DNA from: a virus
Taxonomy: Duplodnaviria; Caudoviricetes
Virus record (IMG/VR): IMGVR_UViG_3300021091_000011
Length of the DNA: 64,000 nucleotides
Direction: 5' to 3' (one strand)
Shown: one piece after another, positions 1 through 9,623 of the stretch
Layout: every line of letters begins with the position of its first letter
Numbering within the stretch: position 1 is the first letter of the stretch
Made by a program: the position numbers and the translations under genes
Notes under the pieces: model-generated
Databases searched by the model: none
Seen by the model: only the letters and a program-made list of their open reading frames with translations
What the model was told of the DNA's origin: nothing

Positions 1-682
1 TGTTCGACGCAAGTATCAAACGAGGGATTTCATACCCTCGACTTCGATAGAGTTCTGGAAAGTTTTTCCAGAACCAATCCATGATGAAACGTAAATACAT
101 ACGAATCAGATACGGACGATTCTCGGCAAGCGTTGATTTAGGATGCGTGCCGAATAACCTGTAAAAAACGTCATGGATTTTATTTAGTATCGACCCAACA
201 TCGGTTCTATAATGCGAATAAACACGATTATTGTCTTTAGGGTGCAAGTTGACATAAAAAGTCTTGTGTTTGACTTTCGCAAAAGCAGAAAAAATGCCGA
301 TTAGTTCCGCGATTTCTTCATTTAAGAATGGTGGGTATTTTTTCTTCCCGATTTTCGGCGCGTCTAACGGAAGCAACGTCTTATCATCGGCATAAGACGG
401 CGAAGGGACCAAGTAAAGCCAATCATTCTTGCGAAGTTCCCCCGCCTCTTTGCGAACGTATCGTCCGTCAACGCGGCTCCAAACGTCGATGCCGTGTTCG
501 GGCGTCATATATAATGTGTAGCCGCTCGTGGTTTGAACCTTGAGCAGCGGGCCACTTGGGTACTCGGTCTTATTGACGAATGGCCTCACGCCGTCCGGCG
601 TGCCAATATTGCCCGAATCCGGCAAATGCTTGATCTGGTAAAGCCCGCCATCGTGCCAAGTAATCGTCGAAGGGTGGACGCA
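1..682 (-). mobile_element. Intein in the RecD2-like helicase (N-terminal part only)
   Basis: After LAYAQTVHK (normally followed by SQG) the frame continues CVHPSTITWHDGG...; block B MTPEH is present; the sequence becomes AT-rich; the first LAGLIDADG-like helix is degenerate (EEIAELIGIFSAFAK). Confidence 0.85.
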
Positions 683-2767
683 TTTGTGGACGGTCTGCGC
701 GTAAGCCAAGCGCAACGTCTTAGCCGCGTCAGACATTGGGAATCGAACGAGTGCTGACGGCGTGCCCGGAACGCCAAACACATTGGCCTCAATCTCTTTC
801 GCCACACGGTCAATCCGGCGCACGGTGCCCACGTCGCCGTTGTAGACACCCTTCTGGTAATCGTTCTTGACGACCATGATTCGGTCGCCCTCGCGCACAA
901 CGGAAGTGCCGATCTTCGTCTCGCTCATGCCCGACATCGGAGGGTTTAACTGCGAACGAATACGGTCATTGAGCACCGTCACGCCCGCATCGCCCGAATG
1001 ACGTGGCGACAAGACTTGAAAGTTCGACCGCTTCTCGTAAAGCGCCTGCGTCAACCGCAGGATAATCTCAGACGCCTCGGTCTCCGTGCTGGCAGGCACG
1101 ATCACGAAATCACGCCCATCGGATTCCGGAGTCCGGCCTTTATGAACGGCGTGCGCCGCAAGCACGATGCCGTTTGTGTCCTCTTGCCGAAAGATGCGAT
1201 CCAAATGCGTGTGCGGAAACGACTTGCTCTCAACCAAGTCGCCCAACACATCACCCGCGCCCACCGAAGGCAATTGATAAGGGTCGCCGACGAACACCAT
1301 TCGGCAATCTAGTTTGGTGCCGGACAAGACTCGATGGAGCATATTCAGGTCCACCATCGAAGTCTCGTCAACAATCACCACGCTGGCCGGATGCGGATTT
1401 CCAGGTCCATACCCCCACGTTTCGTCCGTAGGGCTGTTCACCGTTTTCTTCGTGTCCGTGTCACCCACGAAACCCTCGTAGGCGACCTCACGATCATCCG
1501 ACTCGCCGTATTTGCCCTTTGCTCCAAAAGCGCGATGAATCGTAAAAGCGGGCGCATTGACGACATTGGCGAGCCGTTTGGCCGCGATGCCCGTCGGGGC
1601 TACGAGCAAGAAACTAATGCCCGTGTCTTTAAGCAAGGTCACGACGGCGCGCAAAGCCGTGGTTTTGCCTGTTCCGGGCAAGCCCGTGATCAAGCAGACG
1701 TTGTCGGTCAATGCCGAAAGAGCGGCGTTGAGTTGATCCTCGGTCAGCGTGATACCAGAACCCAATGACCAATCGGCCAATGCCGACTTGACGATGGTTT
1801 TGTGGTCCGCACCTGATTCTACGGAAGCCTGCGCCTGCGGCCCCACGCGAGCGAAAAGCGGGCTGTAATCCTGCGAAGGCTTGGTCTGCAAACGGCTCAC
1901 TAAAGTCGTCGCGCACGTTTGTTCCAAGTCGTAAATCGTCGGATCGTAAAGTGCGACGGTGCCCGCTTTCGTGTTTCGGTCTAGTACCAGCGCGTTTGAC
2001 CTAACGAGGTCTTTCACGGCTTGGGCAACCGCAGCGTCATTCGCATTTGGAACCAGAGTAAGGACGTTCGATAGGACGTCGCTCATCGTAGAATACAAAT
2101 GCCCTTCGGACGCCGTGTTGTTCATAGTCGCCAAAACCGCGCCACACATACGACTTGGCGAGTCCAATGGCACGCCGAGCCTGCGAGCGATTTCGTCTGC
2201 CTGCGCGAAGGTGATGCCGTCCACTTGCACGAGTGCCCAAGGGTCTTTCGTGACGATGGTTTCAACGTCGGTGGAGTATTTCTTCCAGACGCGCTCGATC
2301 ATCGCGTTGGGCACTCCGGCCTGAGCGAGAAAAGCGGCGGCGTACAAATGCGCCTTCGCCGCCTTCCAACGCTCACCAACGTAAGCAAGTTCAGGCGGTA
2401 AACCTTCACCCTCTAACACGGACAAAAGGGATTGGTTGCCTGCGTGCCCCATCAAATGCACCCGCACGCCAGGCCCAATGCCCTGCGCGGATAGAATCGA
2501 AAGCACACGGTCATTCGACCAATGCTCGGGAACGACCGGACTTCGCTCTACGGCGATCTGACGTCCATAGGTCGGGTGAACCGTGTAACGTCCCTCAAAG
2601 CAAACCCAAGTACCCGGCACAATCGCCTGACCTGAGAAATGCCCTTTGGCCGTGACTTGACCACCGGAGTCGTCAAGGCTGATTTTTACGATTCGGAAAC
2701 CAGCACCGTCATCGTAAGTGACGGTGCTGATGCGTCCCGAAAAGACCTGTAAAGTAGAGTCCGACAT
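1..2767 (-). CDS. recD2: RecD2-like SF1 DNA helicase with intein; runs off the left edge (absent from the ORF track)
   Basis: Manual translation from ATG at 2767: MSDSTLQVFSGRISTVTYDDGAGFRIVKI..., DPWALVQVDGITFAQADEIARRLG, Walker A GLPGTGKTT, APTGIAAKRL, VIVDETSMVD, FVGDPYQLPSVG, FRQ, GDRIMVVKNDY..GVYNGDVG, LAYAQTVHK. No stop before position 1. Confidence 0.93.
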   Translation of the reverse strand, partial: MSDSTLQVFSGRISTVTYDDGAGFRIVKISLDDSGGQVTAKGHFSGQAIVPGTWVCFEGRYTVHPTYGRQIAVERSPVVPEHWSNDRVLSILSAQGIGPGVRVHLMGHAGNQSLLSVLEGEGLPPELAYVGERWKAAKAHLYAAAFLAQAGVPNAMIERVWKKYSTDVETIVTKDPWALVQVDGITFAQADEIARRLGVPLDSPSRMCGAVLATMNNTASEGHLYSTMSDVLSNVLTLVPNANDAAVAQAVKDLVRSNALVLDRNTKAGTVALYDPTIYDLEQTCATTLVSRLQTKPSQDYSPLFARVGPQAQASVESGADHKTIVKSALADWSLGSGITLTEDQLNAALSALTDNVCLITGLPGTGKTTALRAVVTLLKDTGISFLLVAPTGIAAKRLANVVNAPAFTIHRAFGAKGKYGESDDREVAYEGFVGDTDTKKTVNSPTDETWGYGPGNPHPASVVIVDETSMVDLNMLHRVLSGTKLDCRMVFVGDPYQLPSVGAGDVLGDLVESKSFPHTHLDRIFRQEDTNGIVLAAHAVHKGRTPESDGRDFVIVPASTETEASEIILRLTQALYEKRSNFQVLSPRHSGDAGVTVLNDRIRSQLNPPMSGMSETKIGTSVVREGDRIMVVKNDYQKGVYNGDVGTVRRIDRVAKEIEANVFGVPGTPSALVRFPMSDAAKTLRLAYAQTVHKCVHPSTITWHDGGLYQIKHLPDSGNIGTPDGVRPFVNKTEYPSGPLLKVQTTSGYTLYMTPEHGIDVWSRVDGRYVRKEAGELRKNDWLYLVPSPSYADDKTLLPLDAPKIGKKKYPPFLNEEIAELIGIFSAFAKVKHKTFYVNLHPKDNNRVYSHYRTDVGSILNKIHDVFYRLFGTHPKSTLAENRPYLIRMYLRFIMDWFWKNFPELYRSRGYEIPRLILASN

Positions 2768-2808
2768 AAGTCGGACTTACACTTATTTCAGGATAAAGTC
2801 GCCCCCGA

Positions 2809-3969
2809 TTAGCGGGTCGCAGCGTATCGAGCCGCAACGCGCTTCGCGCTCGCAATCAAACGGCGGGAAGCGCGACGGCGAATGTCCGATTGATACGTCC
2901 GCGCGATGTCCGTCTTGGACTCCAAGATGCGTTGGACACTAGAAGAAGCAAGGGCCTGCTTAATATCGTTGGCGACGGTTTCGCGGAAAACCTTGGCGAT
3001 ATAGGGGACCGCCTTCTGCAAGCCCGAAAGTGCGTTCACCGCGCTGCCGAGTTCGTTTTGCTTGATGCTGAAGTTATAAGCCTCGTCAACGTCCGTCACT
3101 AAATCAGGATTGCTCTGGATCGCCGTCCAAATCGCAATCTCGATATCACGTCGAACATCGGCGTCCGTGTTTCCATGGACGCGATCCGCACGGGCCTCGA
3201 TTCGGCCAATGACGGCGTTATTCAACGCCTTCTGAACATCACGGTCGCTCATCGCGCCCAAGAAGTCGAATGATTGATCTTCGACCGACGAGTAAGCGTC
3301 ACCAACCGTGACGATATCGCCGTCGTCCGTCGCGCCAGCAGAGGTGTCGATATCGACGAGACTCACGTTCTGCTCACCACGGAAAATGTCCGTCATGTAG
3401 TTAATGAGCGTTTTACGCGCGTAGGCGTCGACCTGAATCTCAAGAGAGTTTGAGCCCGTGCGCGCTTTTTCCGCGAACTCGTGCCCGATGAACCAATAGA
3501 AAGGGCGTCCTCTAGTACGAGCAAGCGAATCGCCCGTGAGCGGGTTCAAGCCCATGATGAGCGACTGCATGAGGTCATAAGGCTCAATGCGGGAGGCCCG
3601 AAACTTCGTCCGCTTAAGAGCGTTGACCGCCGTTTGATAGGGCTTGTTCTCGGGACCAAAGAAACTGAGCAACTCGTCAACCGAGTATTTCTCCAAGAGC
3701 GGGTCCACGAGCGGGTCCGAACCGCCGCTCTCTAAAGTCTGAACCACTTTGCTCAAAACCGAAGCCGCACGGTTCGCCAAAGTGTTCGGCTGCTTGCCCA
3801 AGAAACCCTCAAGAAACGAAATCTTGAGAAACTTGTTCATCAAAGGGGCTACAGCCCGAAGTTCTGACAAGTCATCTTTGCTCGCAGTACGAACAAAAGC
3901 AAGTCGAAGGAACGGATGGGCAAGCATCGCACGACGAACAATAGGGTGCAGCATCGGGAGAAACCTCAT
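2809..3969 (-). CDS. Hypothetical protein, possibly divergent sigma-70-like; C-terminal RVAARY tag
   Basis: 386-aa ORF. EPYDLMQSLIMG and YARKTLINYMTDIFR resemble sigma region 2; VSLVDIDTSAGATDDGDIVTVGD resembles region 3.2. Ends SAKRVAARYAATR. Confidence 0.4.
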   Translation of the reverse strand: MRFLPMLHPIVRRAMLAHPFLRLAFVRTASKDDLSELRAVAPLMNKFLKISFLEGFLGKQPNTLANRAASVLSKVVQTLESGGSDPLVDPLLEKYSVDELLSFFGPENKPYQTAVNALKRTKFRASRIEPYDLMQSLIMGLNPLTGDSLARTRGRPFYWFIGHEFAEKARTGSNSLEIQVDAYARKTLINYMTDIFRGEQNVSLVDIDTSAGATDDGDIVTVGDAYSSVEDQSFDFLGAMSDRDVQKALNNAVIGRIEARADRVHGNTDADVRRDIEIAIWTAIQSNPDLVTDVDEAYNFSIKQNELGSAVNALSGLQKAVPYIAKVFRETVANDIKQALASSSVQRILESKTDIARTYQSDIRRRASRRLIASAKRVAARYAATR

Positions 3970-4124
3970 TCGGGATAACGTGACCTACGCTGGAAAAATC
4001 GTATAGGCAGATTAAAAACCTAGCACATTCGCGCCTATTGTGGTTATATACCCCCTAGATACGCCACCGACACCGTCTAACCGACCCGTCCGGCGTCCCT
4101 CTCTACCTCACTACATCGGAGCCC

Positions 4125-5285
4125 ATGCTCACCATGAAGATTCGTCATCAGCGTTTTGTCGCCGTTCTTTCACACGTCATCGCCGCCAAGCCGACCACCG
4201 ACGTTGGGGCTTGGGATTCGATCTCCGCATCGATCAAGCGTGTTTCGTTGGAGCCTGCGCCGTTGGGCGTCCACGAAAACGTAGTACGCCGTGACGTGAT
4301 TACCGCCTTTGGCTACAAGGGCCAAGCCGACTTGGTGTTCGACACGCTGCGCGCGATTGCCGACGGCAACGCCGACGTTTTTGCGTCGCGCCTCGCCTGC
4401 GTCGAAGTCGTGTCCGCGCTCAACGTGATGCTCCTGCGCCCGCAAGCCGAAACGACGCGGGCGTGGATCAACAAAGCCCTTAGTAAAGGGCTGCATCAAC
4501 GCCTCTGCGATATGCTGGCCCGCTGCTTCCCCAATGAGGATAGAAGCGAACTCGCCAGCATGACCAACGCCTGCATCGCGGCGTGGTGCAAAAAGGACAG
4601 TCTCAAGTCGCTGCTCGACAAGCACGGCGATATTCCCGACAACGTCCTCTTGGGCTTTATCAAAAAACGCATGGCGAACGAGTTTCGTAAGCGCGGCGTC
4701 GATGCCCACACGCGGACGACGCACCATGCGCGCACCGAAACCGAGCGTCGTAAGAACGACCTGCTTGGCGTCGCCTCCGCAGAGAACACGGCTAAAGTTG
4801 TCTACAAGACCGAAACCGATAAAGATAACGACATCGTCGATCAAAGCGCGGGTGCAGAAGAATTGCTCTGCACGGTCGACTTAGCAGAATCGGGTTCGAT
4901 CATCCTCGAAGCCCTTTCGCCCAACGGCGGCATTCGGCGTAGTCAGATTCTCCGTTCGGTCCTAAACGGCGCAAGCCGACAAGACTTGATGCGCGAATTC
5001 GGGCTGGCAGAAAACCGCGTGAATCACCTGACGACAGAAATCAAGTCGTTCCTGCGCGAGTCCGACGTCCTGATCGACCATGCGCTCAAGATTGTCTCCG
5101 CGCTCAAAGACGAGCCGTGGTCGAGCACCGACGAGATTAGCGACGACGTGGGGCTGACCAAGAAGCAAGTCCGTGCCGCCTTGCACTATATGGTCCGTAA
5201 ACGGCTCGTCGTGGCGTCCAAGGACAAGTCCTGCTACAACCTCACGCCCGCAGGCTACCACGCCGAAATCAACCTCTACGCTTGA
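4125..5285 (+). CDS. ECF-sigma-like / HTH transcription factor with an extra C-terminal winged helix
   Basis: LLGFIKKRMANEFRKRG (region 2-like); LEALSP...RSQILRSVLNGASRQDLMREFGLAENRVNHL (region 4-like HTH); STDEISDDVGLTKKQVRAALHYMVRKRLV (wHTH). Confidence 0.55.
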   Translation: MLTMKIRHQRFVAVLSHVIAAKPTTDVGAWDSISASIKRVSLEPAPLGVHENVVRRDVITAFGYKGQADLVFDTLRAIADGNADVFASRLACVEVVSALNVMLLRPQAETTRAWINKALSKGLHQRLCDMLARCFPNEDRSELASMTNACIAAWCKKDSLKSLLDKHGDIPDNVLLGFIKKRMANEFRKRGVDAHTRTTHHARTETERRKNDLLGVASAENTAKVVYKTETDKDNDIVDQSAGAEELLCTVDLAESGSIILEALSPNGGIRRSQILRSVLNGASRQDLMREFGLAENRVNHLTTEIKSFLRESDVLIDHALKIVSALKDEPWSSTDEISDDVGLTKKQVRAALHYMVRKRLVVASKDKSCYNLTPAGYHAEINLYA

Positions 5286-5638
5286 CCCATCGGCTTCTTT
5301 TCCCACCAACCGTCTAAAGGGTCTGACGATGGAACAATCTCGTCGTCGTCCATGACGGTCAAACCAATCACAACGACGCCCATAATCGAATCAGGGTCGT
5401 AAACCTCAACGGCATCCAACAAGTCGCCGCCGCAGGTAAGCCTGACGCGAACCGTTCTGACCCTTATCTCACGGATGCTTAAGGTCGACAAAATCTCACC
5501 AGCACGCTCCAAGGCGTCCTCGGGATTAGCCATCAAACCAACCTGATGAATCAAGTTCGGTGAACCGTCTCGCACTTGACGGTTCACCACCATCCAAACA
5601 GGATAACTCGCGTCGCTAGGCACTCGAACAACTCCCAC
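5276..5638 (-). CDS. Hypothetical protein
   Basis: 120-aa ORF with globular-looking composition, convergent on the upstream gene. Confidence 0.5.
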   Translation of the reverse strand: MGVVRVPSDASYPVWMVVNRQVRDGSPNLIHQVGLMANPEDALERAGEILSTLSIREIRVRTVRVRLTCGGDLLDAVEVYDPDSIMGVVVIGLTVMDDDEIVPSSDPLDGWWEKKPMGQA

Positions 5639-6417
5639 TCAAAAAAAGACAAGCACCACAAGATTTGGTGGGCAACCTCTTTACAAGCCACCCACCACTC
5701 ACTATAACGCTTGACGGTCGCTCGCTTACCCCCATTACGCTTATATAAGCAGAATAGGGTTAAGAAGATTCCCTAGAGCCTTGGAAGGCCGCTGAAGAAT
5801 GTCCGGTTCTTCATGCCGACCCCAAGAGGAGTAGGGACGAGGGAAACCTCGGTGGCAAGGAACTCCACAAGCGACCTCGGTTCTCTGAACGCTCACAGAA
5901 ATCGACCAAATGGAACTTACAAGGTTCTTCGCCCTCGTTTGATTTTTCAAGCAAGGTGAAAGGGACTTGGGTGGTGAGGGATTAACTTTCCCACTACTAG
6001 GGTCTACTACTTGGATGCAGACTTCTAACCTAGCCTCGTGACCGGACAAGTCGATGAGGGTTACAAACTAGATACGAAGTCTGAGGGTTTCAAGTAGTCC
6101 GAAAACAAGGCTATCGTTAGGGGTAGCAGAGCAATCTTCGTTCATTCACAATATCTACTTACCCTTGAACACTCTAAACTATTTCCAGAACATATCTAAA
6201 CACCTTCAGATATGATGAAATAGATGTTAGTAGAGGTAATAAGTAGATATAGTAAGAACAGATTGTTCATAATAAGAGCAAAGAAGAATAAAGCGAAAAC
6301 GACAACAACAACGACAACAACAAATCAAGAGAGTAAGACTCAGACAACGGCTGCTAGTAAGAAGAAGAGTAAAGAGGATAAGGCTAAGAAGATGATGACG
6401 AATCATCCGATTGGTAC

Positions 6418-6529
6418 AGAGGTTGATTGTCTAGAAGTTGATTGTCTAGAGGTTGATCTGGATTGTCCAAGTAGATCTAGGTTGATCTAGGTTACTCAAG
6501 TGAATCTAGGTTGATCTAGGTTACTCAAG
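6418..6529. repeat. Short tandem repeats in an AT-rich intergenic region
   Basis: 15-bp unit AGA(G/A)GTTGATTGTCT at 6418 and 6433 plus a partial third at 6448; exact 26-bp ATCTAGGTTGATCTAGGTTACTCAAG at 6475-6500 and 6504-6529. Confidence 0.85.
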
Positions 6530-6593
6530 AGAGAACAGGTTATATGCCTATCGAACAAGGTATAGGTCACGTTACCTACCTTGAGAGAATCGA

Positions 6594-7100
6594 ATGGGCA
6601 GAGGAATCTATCGGAGTGGGTTAGGAAGCATACTTACTCCTGAACAACTTGCTCAAAACTTCGCTTTACCTGTTTATCGAATCGTAACAGGTTCAGCAAA
6701 GGTTACGTTCCCGAATGCGAACGCATCTAATCCTTCATCTTATGTGCTGATTCAGAGTTCCGGTCCAAGTCAGTATAGTTACTCTTGGATTGCAAACCTC
6801 CCGTTGACGTTGAATTGGATTCAATGGGAGAACGTGATTGTTCCTGTTTTGCTTGACGCCCGAGTATCTTCTTGGGTTGGCGTCTTAAGGCGAAACGGTA
6901 AGCCTGTTTACTTGTCGAACACCGTTGTAGCCCCTAATGGGGTAACAGCCGTAACGACGAGTGGATTGCCTCTGACTCAGGGTACGTTGATTGGGTCAAG
7001 TTCGATTACCGACGAACAAGTAAGCCGTTTACTTGGGGACGCGGAATATATCAGCCTCATCGCAGACCTGATTCGACTTCAGGCTGAAGGGGGCGGTTAA
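6594..7100 (+). CDS. Hypothetical protein (possibly structural)
   Basis: 168-aa ORF rich in predicted beta-strand residues; no recognisable motif. Confidence 0.65.
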   Translation: MGRGIYRSGLGSILTPEQLAQNFALPVYRIVTGSAKVTFPNANASNPSSYVLIQSSGPSQYSYSWIANLPLTLNWIQWENVIVPVLLDARVSSWVGVLRRNGKPVYLSNTVVAPNGVTAVTTSGLPLTQGTLIGSSSITDEQVSRLLGDAEYISLIADLIRLQAEGGG

Positions 7101-7126
7101 ACCTTGCTTCGGGTAAAACCCTTTCT

Positions 7127-7306
7127 ATGAACGTCATCAAGAACGATAATCAAGTTGGTCGTCAAGTTTGGGTTAGTTGCCGAGCGACGCCTTCTTGTAT
7201 GGGCAGGCAAGCTGAAATCAAAATGCGATTCAATCTCCCTTCGGGCGGGATTGCGATTCGTTATCGTTGCTTGACCTGCAATAAGTCGTTTCACATTACG
7301 ATCTGA
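7127..7306 (+). CDS. Small zinc-ribbon protein (59 aa, below the ORF-track cutoff)
   Basis: MNVIKNDNQVGRQVWVSCRATPSCMG...RYRCLTCNKSFHITI; two Cys pairs; fills the gap directly up to the next ATG at 7307. Confidence 0.65.
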   Translation: MNVIKNDNQVGRQVWVSCRATPSCMGRQAEIKMRFNLPSGGIAIRYRCLTCNKSFHITI

Positions 7307-7909
7307 ATGGGCACGCCGATTTTGTTTCACGGTCCTTCGGGACGTGATCGTGCGGTCGCTTGGTCCTTTGACTCAGGCCGACCCATTTCGGAACCACTTG
7401 GCGACAACGGTCTCAAGGTTGACGACTCGCGTTTGATCGTCGGTCTAAGCAATCAGGCGGGCGTCGGTGACCGTCCTCCTACATTGGTCATCGGCCCGAT
7501 TGATCGGGCTACGGTCGAGGCGTCTGACGCTTTGCTTAAGACGTTAGAGGATTTGGCCGAGGGTCCTTTGCGCGTCGTGCTGTGGGCTGATTTCTTGGTC
7601 AGCGTTTCGCCAACCATTCGTTCACGCACGCAGGCCATTTGGTGTGCGGGCGTGGCCCGCATCCCCAAGGCGACGCGGCAAGCCGCAGAGTCGGTTATTC
7701 AGGCGCACCGTGAGAACAAAGCAATCGTGTCCAAGACTCACGCGGCGTTAGAAGAACAAGACCCCGAGATTTTGCTCGACGCGATCATAGGCGCGTTAGA
7801 CGTGAACGACGCAAACGACTTAGCCCTATGGGAACGCTTGCGCCCCATGCTCGGTTCACGTTGGGTGACGGCTAAGACGGCCTTTATCGACGCCGTGGTG
7901 CCGACGTGA
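7307..7909 (+). CDS. holB: DNA polymerase III delta-prime (HolB)-like clamp-loader subunit
   Basis: IGPIDRATVEASDALLKTLED and SVSPTIRSRT match the AANALLKTLEEP and LPTIRSRC (SRC) signatures; no intact Walker A. Confidence 0.75.
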   Translation: MGTPILFHGPSGRDRAVAWSFDSGRPISEPLGDNGLKVDDSRLIVGLSNQAGVGDRPPTLVIGPIDRATVEASDALLKTLEDLAEGPLRVVLWADFLVSVSPTIRSRTQAIWCAGVARIPKATRQAAESVIQAHRENKAIVSKTHAALEEQDPEILLDAIIGALDVNDANDLALWERLRPMLGSRWVTAKTAFIDAVVPT

Positions 7910-8835
7910 AGAAACTTCATTCGATCATGGTCTTGGCAGGCTCCGAGGATTTCCTGCGCGACCGCGAAAAGCAACGAATGATTCAAGCCGCTTGGTCCAA
8001 CGGCTATCAGGTCATTCACGCCTCCGATCAAAACCAAGTAGACGACGAGATTTCGCAAGTCGGCGTCATTGCGATTGACCCCTTGCTCATCGTCGCTCAA
8101 GGCTGGAAGCCTGACTTTAGCGACGACGTGCCGGACAACGTGAGTTATCTGGTCGTCTTGGACGGTGACAAACTGCCCGACTTGCCGAAGACCGCCAAGA
8201 CTTCGGTTTATATGCGTGGGGCTACCCGCCGTGACCGCAAACAGGCTGCGGAGAAGTTTTGCACGTTGGAGGCCAAACGTCATGGGCTGACGATTGCGAG
8301 CGGCTTGGAAGAAGCCATCGTGAATCTGACGGGCGACGATTTAGGCGTCGTCGCGTGGGAGATTTTCAAGGTCGCTGCGTTGGCGCGTGCAAAGTCCACC
8401 GTGCAAATCACGAGCGAGTTAATCTCGCAGACGATTCGCATGGCGGTCACCACGCCTGATTTATCAGCCTTGGTCGAATCGCTCGGCAATCGTGATGGGA
8501 AAACTCTTGCACGCACGCTCGCGCGCTTTGGTCACGGTGACGATCCGACCATGTTGCTTCTAAGGGCCAAAGGCGGTCCCGTGGACGCGATTTTGACGTG
8601 GTTGCGAATCTGCGACGCTTCGCAACAAGACGCCGATTATCTGGCGAACGTGCTTGGTGTTCATGCGTGGCAATTGAAGAACCGTGATTTGCCAGCGGTC
8701 AAAAGATGGGGCAAAGAGCGGTTACGCGGGCTATTGAAAGCGTTAGCAGAAATCGAACGCGCGATTGTCGAAGGCCGCTGCCCAAATCCTTGGCTTGCTT
8801 GTCAGTCCGTGTTTCTAAACGCCGTGAGGGTATAA
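7906..8835 (+). CDS. holA: DNA polymerase III delta (HolA)-like clamp-loader subunit
   Basis: MVLAGSEDFLRDRE at the N-terminus; IVNLTGDDLGVVAWEIFKV matches G.DL..L..E..KL; C-terminal LKALAEIERAIVEG; GTGA overlap with the holB-like gene. Confidence 0.7.
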   Translation: MKKLHSIMVLAGSEDFLRDREKQRMIQAAWSNGYQVIHASDQNQVDDEISQVGVIAIDPLLIVAQGWKPDFSDDVPDNVSYLVVLDGDKLPDLPKTAKTSVYMRGATRRDRKQAAEKFCTLEAKRHGLTIASGLEEAIVNLTGDDLGVVAWEIFKVAALARAKSTVQITSELISQTIRMAVTTPDLSALVESLGNRDGKTLARTLARFGHGDDPTMLLLRAKGGPVDAILTWLRICDASQQDADYLANVLGVHAWQLKNRDLPAVKRWGKERLRGLLKALAEIERAIVEGRCPNPWLACQSVFLNAVRV

Positions 8836-8839
8836 GACC

Positions 8840-9283
8840 ATGCCGCCGACGCAATACAAGCCGAGCATCCTGCACAATCTCAGGGGCGAGCCTGACCAAC
8901 TGCTGATTATCCAATGGGCGGGCGCGATCTTTTTGACCATCGCAATCGCGTGGAACGCAACTGTAGACGCCTATCTCGGTCACGATCTGGTTGTTGAGCC
9001 ACAAAGCAACGAGGTAGTTTTCAAGCCCACTCGGTTCAAACAGATTGCCCCCGACACGCTTTTGTTTTTGGTAGCCATGGCGGGTGGTGCGGGTGGCTTG
9101 TATAACTGGCGAAGGGCACAAGACCGCAAACACGAGATTGAAAAAATCAGGGTTGCACCTGCGGCTGTCACGCCGCCGCTTTCGCAATCGTCGGGTTCCT
9201 ATGGGGTGCGGCAACGCGCTCGGGATTTGAGGCCGACTGAACCGATTGACGTCATGCCAGGTGATCCCGATGCCAATATCTGA
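8840..9283 (+). CDS. Membrane protein with two predicted TM helices (holin-like topology, unproven)
   Basis: Hydrophobic stretches LLIIQWAGAIFLTIAIAW and LLFLVAMAGGAGGLYNW, followed by a basic tail. Confidence 0.55.
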   Translation: MPPTQYKPSILHNLRGEPDQLLIIQWAGAIFLTIAIAWNATVDAYLGHDLVVEPQSNEVVFKPTRFKQIAPDTLLFLVAMAGGAGGLYNWRRAQDRKHEIEKIRVAPAAVTPPLSQSSGSYGVRQRARDLRPTEPIDVMPGDPDANI

Positions 9284-9623
9284 CGGCGGTGACGCCAATC
9301 GGTTCGACACGGTTAACCTGTTGGTCGAAATCAAGTTACGCATTTCGGACGGCGCAATCTGGACTTCGCACAGGCCCGCTACGCCGGGCGATGCGAGCCG
9401 ACTTGAGCAATGGCCTTCGGGCGGTCTGGTGCAAACCGCCCACGCGCTGCTCATTGAAGCCCTGCGACGTGAAGCCTACACGATGGCAATCACGAAATTG
9501 TCGCAAGGGCATGAAAAGATAACGCCGAAAGAACTACAAAATGCGTTGACCGTGGTGGTTCAACGGTTCGTAGATCAGTTTAGCCAAGGCGCTGTTCAAG
9601 ACGCCTTGAGCAAAATCAATTAG
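9270..9623 (+). CDS. Hypothetical protein
   Basis: ORF overlapping the end of the previous gene; ATG at 9270 chosen as the likely start. Confidence 0.6.
   Translation: MPISDGGDANRFDTVNLLVEIKLRISDGAIWTSHRPATPGDASRLEQWPSGGLVQTAHALLIEALRREAYTMAITKLSQGHEKITPKELQNALTVVVQRFVDQFSQGAVQDALSKIN

Noticed and set aside
6224-6490. 88-aa Lys/Thr-rich ORF
   Set aside because: Low-complexity product of the (ACA)n and 15-bp repeats, with a TTG/GTG-type start and no clear RBS. Treated as non-coding.
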